Source of the DNA: a virus
Direction: 5' to 3' (one strand)
Length of the DNA stretch: 64,000 nucleotides
Virus record (IMG/VR): IMGVR_UViG_3300027708_000021
Below the pieces are notes generated by a model. It searched no databases and was not told the origin of the DNA. It saw only the letters and a list, made by a program, of their open reading frames with translations. A program made the translations under genes and the position numbers. Below are positions 29,938-38,143 of the stretch, piece by piece. Each line of letters begins with the position of its first letter. Position 1 is the stretch's first letter.

Positions 29938-30438
29938 ATGACTAAAAAATTAGAAAATTTATTTGGTTTTGATCAGCTTGAAGATCCACAGGATATTCCT
30001 GTTGTTGAAAATATGACCCAAGAAGAGACTCGTCATGCTATTGTAGAGCTAGACGAAAAAATAGATAAAATTGACCATGCTTTGCCTGCTATTCGTGACT
30101 TGGCTGCGAGCGACAAAGAACTTGACGAAATAGCCGATTTAGCCAAACAAAGTTATCAAGATTTATCAGATCTTGGTATGAACGTGGACAGTAGATTTAG
30201 TGCCGAATTATTTGCTGTAGCCAGTAATATGTTGGGGCATGCTCTAACTGCTAAAACTACTAAACTGAATAAAAAATTAAAAATGATTGACTTACAACTT
30301 AAAAAGTTAAAGTTAGATCAAGATGCTGCTAAGAAAGCTGGGGATTTAAACAGTATTCCTACAGCCGAAGGACAGGTACTAACTCGTAACGACCTCTTAG
30401 AACGCTTACTTAGCGATAGAGCACAAAAAGACAATTAG
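29938..30438 (+). CDS. Probable terminase small subunit (gp16-like)
   Basis: Helical profile with R..E.F.VA..ML and terminal TRNDLL; late TAAATA at 29927-29932. Confidence 0.45.
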   Translation: MTKKLENLFGFDQLEDPQDIPVVENMTQEETRHAIVELDEKIDKIDHALPAIRDLAASDKELDEIADLAKQSYQDLSDLGMNVDSRFSAELFAVASNMLGHALTAKTTKLNKKLKMIDLQLKKLKLDQDAAKKAGDLNSIPTAEGQVLTRNDLLERLLSDRAQKDN

Positions 30439-30463
30439 TATAAATATAATATAGGAAACAATC

Positions 30464-31072
30464 ATGAAAAATTTTAAAGATTACTTAGCAGAAAGCGAAA
30501 GAACCTACAACTATCGTATTAAAATAGTTGGTGATTTGCCCCAGGGATTTTACAATTCCCTCAAAGGTAAATTAGATCAGTTTGATCCCGTAAAGATTGG
30601 AGCCGAAAAAAGCACTCCGATCCAGGCCAAGCCAGCTGATTTTCCAGCATGTGAAAACGAAAAAGTTACTAGTATCGATGTAGAATTTCGTTACCCAGCT
30701 ATCGAGCCACAGATCAAACAAATCGCTCGTTTACTTGGCTTAGATGAAAATAAAATTATTATGCAAACATCTGTTTACGGAGATAACGAAGCTGATTATA
30801 AAGCAAAACTTGAAGCACAAGCTGATCCAGTTTTAACAGCACCATATCCAGCAGATGATGCCAAACAAAAAGAATTGATTAAAGATTATTCAGCTGATCC
30901 ATATGACCATGCTGTATTAAAAAATTCTTATCGCAGTAACTTTACCGTTGCCGGCGGCAGTCCAAAGCCTGCTGAAACAACAAATGATTTGCCCATGGGC
31001 GATGATAGTCCAATGACACACGCAGAGAAGCGTCCACGCAAGCCAGCAACTGGCGCACAACCAAGAGGATGA
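30464..31072 (+). CDS. Putative internal head protein
   Basis: N-terminus MKNFKDYLAE resembles the T4 capsid-targeting sequence; exact TATAAATA at 30439-30446. Confidence 0.55.
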   Translation: MKNFKDYLAESERTYNYRIKIVGDLPQGFYNSLKGKLDQFDPVKIGAEKSTPIQAKPADFPACENEKVTSIDVEFRYPAIEPQIKQIARLLGLDENKIIMQTSVYGDNEADYKAKLEAQADPVLTAPYPADDAKQKELIKDYSADPYDHAVLKNSYRSNFTVAGGSPKPAETTNDLPMGDDSPMTHAEKRPRKPATGAQPRG

Positions 31073-31076
31073 TAAG

Positions 31077-31628
31077 ATGAGCACAACCATATTTAGAAAA
31101 TATATTGATCTTATCAATGAGGTCCAACAACTTAATGAACTTAGCCCAGATTTATTGCGTAGAGCATCCGATGCCGCTGGTGCTAAAAGAACAAGTCTAG
31201 CTGGCCCAGAAAACAAAGCCGCTAGACAAAAAGCAAGTGGCCAAGAGGAAAAGTTTTATCAAGGTCAAATAGATAGATCTAATGCTAATCCCGCAGCAGG
31301 AACACAAGCAACAGCAAACGCTTACATTGAAAAATTAAAACAAAATGGGTGGAATCAGATTACTGATCCTCAACAGATAGCACAGGCAGCCGCACGTCTT
31401 GGCTGGGACAAATATAGCCAACCTCCGCAAGGAGTAACATGGTTTACTCACCCGCAAAACGGAGAGTCTGCATACATTGATCCTAAAAATGGTCAACTTG
31501 TTCGCTCTGGAAATGGGCAACAGCGAATAGGTCAGTCATTTGGGAATGCCAAAGCTATGCATCCACAAGCAAGTGATAGCGCAAAGTGGAATGCAAATAA
31601 CCCAAACCAAAATGTTTTTAAACCATAA
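31077..31628 (+). CDS. Putative internal head protein
   Basis: FRKYIDLINE..LNE|LSPDLL leader; module shared with 38144-40447. Confidence 0.5.
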   Translation: MSTTIFRKYIDLINEVQQLNELSPDLLRRASDAAGAKRTSLAGPENKAARQKASGQEEKFYQGQIDRSNANPAAGTQATANAYIEKLKQNGWNQITDPQQIAQAAARLGWDKYSQPPQGVTWFTHPQNGESAYIDPKNGQLVRSGNGQQRIGQSFGNAKAMHPQASDSAKWNANNPNQNVFKP

Positions 31629-31646
31629 TATTATATAGGATCTGAA

Positions 31647-34550
31647 ATGAACAATTTTTTTTACAACTTAAACAAAACACTGGCTAGCATTGGCAATGAA
31701 CAAGAACAAATTGCTAAGGAAGTAGCCAAGGCAGCTGAGAAGTCCCCAGTTCGTAAATCTCTCGAAGAGTCCTTACGCAGTGACATGAAGGCCCTAATGG
31801 AAGATGGCACAGGCGGAATGAACTTTAGTGGCTCAGGCTCATTAGAAGAAAAAGCTGGCTACTCTGCTAAAAAAGCAGCCGCTGGCAAAGACATCGGTAA
31901 GCCTGGCAAGAATTTTTCTAAGATTGCTAAAGATGCTGCTGAGCGTTACGGTAGTAAAGAGCGTGGCGAGAAAGTTGCTGGCGCAGTATTGAATAAATTA
32001 CGACACGCTAAGGAAGATGTTACCGACGAAGGCAATGAATTTTCAGGCGCACTAGCTAATGCTAAAAAAGATCACAAGAGTGAATTCAAAGTAGATGGTA
32101 AAACATATCCAGTACAAGAAGCCGATATGGAAGAAAGTGCTTTACAGGCCTATTTAGGTAACAAAAAATATGGCAAGCAAGGCATGGATGCTCTACGCAA
32201 AGCTGGTCGCGAGCACGCCGGTAAAGACAAAATGGATCAGATTCGCAATCGCTATGACAAGATGGACGAAACTGAAATGGAATGTGATACACCTACTCCA
32301 AGTAAAGGCATTCCAGGCAATGTTCCTGTTAAAGGAAAAATGGATCGCTTAAAAGGCAAGCGCGACTATTATGAAACTGAAGAAGCTGACGACAGCGATG
32401 AAGATATCATGGATTATCTAAATCGTAAATTAGCTCAACACGATAAAGAGCAAGCTAAGGAAGATGCTGTATCTAAACCATATAACGGTTCTAAAGGTGA
32501 TGCTGACGCATACAATGGTATGGAATTTGAAGGCGCTGCAATGCCACCGCCTGATGTTCCGCAGGCCGCAATTATAGCACCGTCACCAGATGCAAAATAT
32601 CAAGTACAAAAACCACAAGCTCCACAAGCAAAGACAGATATGTCTAAAATTCCTAATGACATACTACAAAAAGCAGTTGACGGTGGATACCCTGACGCAA
32701 ATCCAGCATTAATTGCGGCGGCTAAAGCAGAACTAGCAAACAGAATGAGCGGCGCAAGCAGTTACAATCCAACTGTACATAATCCTACAGTTAAAGAAGT
32801 AAGCAAGAACGGTCCGCATGGCAAACCAGGTTGGTTAATTGACGCACAGAAAAAAGCAGAAGGCGAAATTGATGAGACAATGACCCGTCAACATTTCCAA
32901 CACACAGCAGATTTGTTAAAGCATATCGAAGATCCAGCCAAGCGCATGGAACTTGCTAAACACCACGCAGGTATTTTTAAATCATCTAATCCACGATTCA
33001 ATCATGAAAAATTCATGAAGGCTTGTAATTGCGACGAAGGCATTGCTGGTCAAGCAGCTGGCACAATCGCTGGAGGGGCAATTGGCGGACCAATTGGTGC
33101 TGCTATTGGCGGCGCTATTGGTAATAATCTAACAAACGAAGAAGACTTTGAAGAAGGAATGCTTGGCTCAGTAGCTGGTGCTATTGGCGGTCCACTAGTT
33201 GGAGCGGCAACCAATGCCATTACTGATGAAGGCTATGCTGAGATGGATGCTTGGTTAAAGCAACGTGAAAAAGAAAAAGGTACTGGTAAGTTTGACAAAC
33301 GCAAAGTAAGTACAGGTACTGTATATACACGCAGATTTGCTGACGAGCCAGAAGATGACACAGATGCGCCAATTAGTAAAGGTGGCAATCCTGCTGTTAA
33401 GCGTGGGCGCGGCCGTCCAGCGGGCACCAAAGGTGCTACTGGCTCACGAGGACCTACAGGCAAGAGTAAATTAATGTCTAAAGATGCTATCGGAGAAGAA
33501 AATGTTGATGAAGTTTGTCATCATTGTGGCCAGGCAATTCAAGAAAAAGCAGTTAGCAAAAAGCAACAACGTTTTATGGGCATGGTTCACGCCGCACAAA
33601 AAGGTGAAAAGCCAGCTAGTAAAGAAGTAGCTAAGACTGCTAAAGGCATGAAGAAAACAGATGCTGAGGATTTTGCTAGCACTAAGCACAAAGGTTTGCC
33701 AGAAAAAGTTAAATCTAAAAAAACTGAAGAAGGCAAAGGCGACGGTAATCTAGCTAATAACGCTAAACCATACGACAAAGTTACACGCGGTGATGTTATT
33801 GCTGGTCGGTTAGGTAAAGACGAAGAAGGCGGCAAGAAGAAAGTTAAAAAAGAAGAAAAAGTTGATGAAACAACAACTTCTGGTAGTGTAGCAACTGCTT
33901 CTGGAGCTCCTAAGTCTAGCAAAGGCGGCATGAAATTTGGTGGCGGCATTTATGATTCATGGAATCGCCAATATGAAACTTTATTAGCAGAAAGTGTTAA
34001 TGTTAATACAACAACAACTAAAAATGAAGAAAATCCAGACCAAGACCACGAAAGCATTACAATCACAGTAGACGGTGATGATGTTAGTCGTTTTAAACAG
34101 TTATTACAGTCTATGGGTATAACACAAAATCATAACCACGGTCGCGAAACACATTCAACAGAGCCATGCGGTTCTTGCGGTGGTATCCCTTGCCAATGTG
34201 AAGAATTAGCCGACGAAGGTGTTTTAGGTACTCTTGGCGGCGCAGCAATTGGTGGAGCATTAGGCGGACCTGTTGGTGCTGCTGTTGGTGCTGTCGGCGG
34301 ACAAGAATTAACTAAAGGTGGTTCTGGAATCATCGAAGCCGATGCTCCAGTTTCACAAAATGAGCCAGACTATCCTAGTAATCAAGAAGAAACAGATAAC
34401 GCACTACAGTACAGTGGTGGGTTGAATCGTAAAAAATCAACCGGGCAAACTACTATTCCGGTGGTTGCTAGTCAAGAAGATCGTCTACACTCCATGGAAG
34501 AGTCAGTTGATTCATTCTTAAGTCTATACAAAGCATTTAAAACAAAATAA
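31647..34550 (+). CDS. Modular low-complexity head polyprotein (glycine-zipper, AT-hook and DUF3008-like modules)
   Basis: Short modules delimited by hydrophobic-x-E sites; KRGRGRP; KAVSKKQQRFMG...FASTKHKGLPEKV. Confidence 0.6.
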   Translation: MNNFFYNLNKTLASIGNEQEQIAKEVAKAAEKSPVRKSLEESLRSDMKALMEDGTGGMNFSGSGSLEEKAGYSAKKAAAGKDIGKPGKNFSKIAKDAAERYGSKERGEKVAGAVLNKLRHAKEDVTDEGNEFSGALANAKKDHKSEFKVDGKTYPVQEADMEESALQAYLGNKKYGKQGMDALRKAGREHAGKDKMDQIRNRYDKMDETEMECDTPTPSKGIPGNVPVKGKMDRLKGKRDYYETEEADDSDEDIMDYLNRKLAQHDKEQAKEDAVSKPYNGSKGDADAYNGMEFEGAAMPPPDVPQAAIIAPSPDAKYQVQKPQAPQAKTDMSKIPNDILQKAVDGGYPDANPALIAAAKAELANRMSGASSYNPTVHNPTVKEVSKNGPHGKPGWLIDAQKKAEGEIDETMTRQHFQHTADLLKHIEDPAKRMELAKHHAGIFKSSNPRFNHEKFMKACNCDEGIAGQAAGTIAGGAIGGPIGAAIGGAIGNNLTNEEDFEEGMLGSVAGAIGGPLVGAATNAITDEGYAEMDAWLKQREKEKGTGKFDKRKVSTGTVYTRRFADEPEDDTDAPISKGGNPAVKRGRGRPAGTKGATGSRGPTGKSKLMSKDAIGEENVDEVCHHCGQAIQEKAVSKKQQRFMGMVHAAQKGEKPASKEVAKTAKGMKKTDAEDFASTKHKGLPEKVKSKKTEEGKGDGNLANNAKPYDKVTRGDVIAGRLGKDEEGGKKKVKKEEKVDETTTSGSVATASGAPKSSKGGMKFGGGIYDSWNRQYETLLAESVNVNTTTTKNEENPDQDHESITITVDGDDVSRFKQLLQSMGITQNHNHGRETHSTEPCGSCGGIPCQCEELADEGVLGTLGGAAIGGALGGPVGAAVGAVGGQELTKGGSGIIEADAPVSQNEPDYPSNQEETDNALQYSGGLNRKKSTGQTTIPVVASQEDRLHSMEESVDSFLSLYKAFKTK

Positions 34551-34563
34551 GGAATTAAAGTAA

Positions 34564-35061
34564 ATGAGTCAAGCCAACGTCACAGCCGGAGCATTTAGTA
34601 ATGCCACTTGGTACACAGATAAAGCAGAAATTGCAACAGGAACTAATTCTGTTACATATAATGTTTATGCTGTAGCACTTACGCCGTACACATACACCAC
34701 TGAAATTACTACAACTAATACTAGTGCAGTAGTAACAACAGCTGGAACAATCTCAGTTCCGGTAGGCGCTGGCATTACTGGCACAGGTATTCCTGGTGGT
34801 GCCACTGTAACAGCATACAGTCCCGGAGTAAGTATTACTTTAAGTGCTAATGCTACTGCCAATGGAACAGTAACAGCAACCGTTACTCCGGCACCAGTGG
34901 GTAACTTATATTCAGCTAATCCAATAATCCCTGCTAATAGTCGCGAACAAATTTATGTCGGTGCTGGCAACAAACTTACTATCATTGGTGGTAATTCAAC
35001 AGCACAAGAAATTGGCACCGCAAGTTCAGCACTATACGGAGTTAACGCTCTTAATCCTTAA
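34564..35061 (+). CDS. Beta-rich virion structural protein
   Basis: T/A/G-rich sequence; AAGGA RBS; located in the late operon. Confidence 0.55.
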   Translation: MSQANVTAGAFSNATWYTDKAEIATGTNSVTYNVYAVALTPYTYTTEITTTNTSAVVTTAGTISVPVGAGITGTGIPGGATVTAYSPGVSITLSANATANGTVTATVTPAPVGNLYSANPIIPANSREQIYVGAGNKLTIIGGNSTAQEIGTASSALYGVNALNP

Positions 35062-35063
35062 TT

Positions 35064-35438
35064 ATGAGAGCTAACGAGTTTATTTCTGAAAGCTATAAAG
35101 GGCACGGCAAACTTCATCCAGAGCAACAAGCTACCATGCCTCGCGCTCATAGATTTGCTGGTACCGCAGACCGCGTTTATGATTTAAATCGCGCTATGAT
35201 GGCTGTGGCTTGCTCCGATGGAAAATCATTTCCACATCACGGATCTGATGCAGAAAGTTGGGTTGGGCGAAATAATCTGGCTAATCCTTTTACCGATGAA
35301 GAACATAAAATGCTACATCATGCTTACGATGCTATTGGTATTGAAATTAATGATGCTGTAAGTCATCCTAATACAGAGCCAGACAATGTACATAAACACA
35401 GTCCAATGACCGGATTTAAAGGCTATAAAAGAAAATGA
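35064..35438 (+). CDS. Putative internal head protein (paralog A)
   Basis: MRANEFISE leader; C-terminal SPMTGFKGY. Confidence 0.55.
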   Translation: MRANEFISESYKGHGKLHPEQQATMPRAHRFAGTADRVYDLNRAMMAVACSDGKSFPHHGSDAESWVGRNNLANPFTDEEHKMLHHAYDAIGIEINDAVSHPNTEPDNVHKHSPMTGFKGYKRK

Positions 35439-35821
35439 GAGCTCGTGAGTTTATCACTGAAGAACGAGTATTGCCGCCTGAGCAAGCAGATCCAATGCGT
35501 CAGACTTTTATACTTCCTGGATTAACTTCCAGTGATCCATATCTAACTTATAGATTTGGCGTGGCCATGGCCCGTGCTAGAAGCGATGCTGTTAAAGATG
35601 ACGTTAATCCTTACATATTACCGTGGGATGCAGAAGAAGTGTTTGGCGAATATGCCGTAGTAGCCGGCATAAACGGTACTGTAGATCCAATTATTGACAA
35701 GGCATTAGCAATGACCGGTATTGGTGGCGGCAAAAAAGCCATTGGATCGTTAACGAGCCAAGAGCCACCGTCGGTAGATAAAACAAGTCCAGTAAAAGCA
35801 TTCAAAGGCTACCCAAGATGA
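35435..35821 (+). CDS. Putative internal head protein (paralog B)
   Basis: MRAREFITE leader; C-terminal SPVKAFKGY. Confidence 0.55.
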   Translation: MRAREFITEERVLPPEQADPMRQTFILPGLTSSDPYLTYRFGVAMARARSDAVKDDVNPYILPWDAEEVFGEYAVVAGINGTVDPIIDKALAMTGIGGGKKAIGSLTSQEPPSVDKTSPVKAFKGYPR

Positions 35822-36519
35822 AAAAATTATTAGTAGTATTGTTATTTGTACCCTTAGCTGCTCTAGCACAAATAGCGAAAGAGTGCCCACAGTTTACGGT
35901 CAATGGTACTCCTTTATATCCAGCCAAGTTAGGCGATCAGGAAATTTGTCATACCAACTATGCTGTTATACACAAGTGCGATGTCAAAGGTCCTATAGCT
36001 GTATTTGAACACTTAACTAAAGATAAAATTACTGGCGGATTTAAACGTCAAGATGACTTTAGACCTGACCCAAGAGTGTTTCCACAATGCCAGTCTACCC
36101 TCAAAGACTATGCTGGACAACCATATGACCGAGGACATATGAGTCCTGCTGGTAACAATACACAGAGTAAAGAAATAATGAGTGAAAGTTTTTTCTTGAG
36201 TAACATGGTGCCACAAGTTCCTAATAACAATCGCGGCATCTGGAAACAATTAGAAACTTGGGAACGAGATTGGGCACTAGACGGAGGTGATTTTTATATT
36301 ATCTCTGGTCCTGTTTTTATGCCCCATTATAAAGTAATTGGCAATGGCGTAGGTGTTCCTGATGGTTTATACAAGATTATCATCGAGCGTACATCGGGCA
36401 AAGTTATGGCCTACATGATGCCTAATGCTCCACTTCCTGTAGCAGATTTACCTAAATATCAAACAACTATGACGGCGGTTGAACAAGCAACTGGCATACA
36501 GTTTAATCTAGGCAAATAA
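35818..36519 (+). CDS. Exported sugar-non-specific endonuclease (NucA/EndA family)
   Basis: Signal peptide MKKLLVVLLFVPLAALA; YDRGHM; SFFLSNMVPQ; NRGIWKQLE. Confidence 0.9.
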   Translation: MKKLLVVLLFVPLAALAQIAKECPQFTVNGTPLYPAKLGDQEICHTNYAVIHKCDVKGPIAVFEHLTKDKITGGFKRQDDFRPDPRVFPQCQSTLKDYAGQPYDRGHMSPAGNNTQSKEIMSESFFLSNMVPQVPNNNRGIWKQLETWERDWALDGGDFYIISGPVFMPHYKVIGNGVGVPDGLYKIIIERTSGKVMAYMMPNAPLPVADLPKYQTTMTAVEQATGIQFNLGK

Positions 36520-36555
36520 AACTAGCCCAGTGCGGCCATCCAATTAAATACAAGT

Positions 36556-38118
36556 ATGGCCTTTGACCAAAGCTCGCTAGCTAAAACTCCCTATAAAAAA
36601 CAAGTTTGGACTGAACAACAGCTCAAAGAATTTGCTCTTTGTGCTGATCCAGTAACCGGCCCTGCGTACTTTATGGATAACTTTTTCTATATCCAGCATC
36701 CGGTTAGAGGAAAAATGCAGTATCATCCATACGAATATCAAGAACGATTAATTACTACGTATCACAATTATCGTTTTAGTATTTCCATGATGCCACGACA
36801 AACTGGTAAGTCGACCAGTGCCGCGGGATACTTGCTATGGTATGCTATGTTTGTACCAGACTCCACAGTTCTTATTGCCGCACACAAGTATGACGGTTCT
36901 CAAGAGATTATGACTCGTGTGCGTTATGCTTATGAAATGTGTCCTGATCATATTCGTGCTGGGGCAACAAATTATAACAAAGGTTCAATAGAATTTGAAA
37001 ACGGCTCACGCATTATGTCAGCCACAACCACAGAAAACACGGGTCGTGGTATGAGTATATCACTACTATATTGCGATGAGTTCGCCTTCGTTCGTCCCTC
37101 TGTGGCACAGGAATTCTGGACTTCTATCTCCCCAACACTAGCAACTGGTGGTAAATGTATTATCACTTCTACCCCTAACTCAGACGAAGATCAGTTTGCG
37201 TTATTGTGGAAAGGTGCGAATAAAATGGAAGATTCACACGGTAATCCGCAAGAAGTAGGTATTAATGGTTTCCGTGCTTTTCGTAGTTTTTGGCGGGAAC
37301 ATCCCGACCGCGATGAAGCCTGGGCTGCGGCACAACGAGCACAATTAGGTGAAGATCGATTCCGTCGTGAGATGGATTGTGAATTTATTATTAATGATGA
37401 GACGCTGATCGCGCCGGCTAAACTCATAGACTTAGAAGGTATTGAGCCAGTATACAGAACAGCTCAGGTACGCTGGTACAAACAACCTGAACCTGGTAAG
37501 ATGTATTGTGTTGGGTTAGATCCTAGTTTAGGAACAGGCGGCGACCCAAGTGCTATACAAATTTTTGAAGCCAATACTACTGAACAAATAGGAGAGTGGA
37601 AACACAATCGTACCCCTATTCCTGAGCAAATCCGCATACTGGCCGACATTGTAAAATACATTTATAGTTTTGTTAAAGATGAACAGTCAATTTACTTCTC
37701 TGTTGAGAATAATACCATTGGAGAAGCTGCTCTTATCTCTATAGAACAATTTGGTGAAGAGAATATCAAGGGCTATTTCCTGTCGGACCCTACTCGAGGA
37801 GCCGGCCGATATCGGAAAGGTTTCAATACTAGCCCTAAAAATAAACTCACAGCTTGTGCTAAAATGAAAACCCTAATCGAAACAGGTAAGATGAAATTGC
37901 GTAGCCGTCCGCTGATCTCTGAATTAAAAACCTTTGTAGCCAACGGAGTTAGTTACGCAGCAAAACCAGGTAGTACAGATGACTTAGTCATGGCGGCTTT
38001 GCTAGTTACCCGTATGATGATACTGTTACAAACATATCACCCAGAAATGGACACGCAAATGCGAGATTTTGGGGAAAGTATCACTCCGCCGTTGCCCTTT
38101 ATTTCAACAATGTATTAA
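36556..38118 (+). CDS. gp17: Terminase large subunit (T4 gp17-like)
   Basis: PRQTGKST, LLYCDEFAF, ITSTPN, GLDPSLG, VENN, DDLVMA; TAAATA at 36545-36550. Confidence 0.95.
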   Translation: MAFDQSSLAKTPYKKQVWTEQQLKEFALCADPVTGPAYFMDNFFYIQHPVRGKMQYHPYEYQERLITTYHNYRFSISMMPRQTGKSTSAAGYLLWYAMFVPDSTVLIAAHKYDGSQEIMTRVRYAYEMCPDHIRAGATNYNKGSIEFENGSRIMSATTTENTGRGMSISLLYCDEFAFVRPSVAQEFWTSISPTLATGGKCIITSTPNSDEDQFALLWKGANKMEDSHGNPQEVGINGFRAFRSFWREHPDRDEAWAAAQRAQLGEDRFRREMDCEFIINDETLIAPAKLIDLEGIEPVYRTAQVRWYKQPEPGKMYCVGLDPSLGTGGDPSAIQIFEANTTEQIGEWKHNRTPIPEQIRILADIVKYIYSFVKDEQSIYFSVENNTIGEAALISIEQFGEENIKGYFLSDPTRGAGRYRKGFNTSPKNKLTACAKMKTLIETGKMKLRSRPLISELKTFVANGVSYAAKPGSTDDLVMAALLVTRMMILLQTYHPEMDTQMRDFGESITPPLPFISTMY

Positions 38119-38143
38119 ATTAAAAATAGCTAAATAATATACT

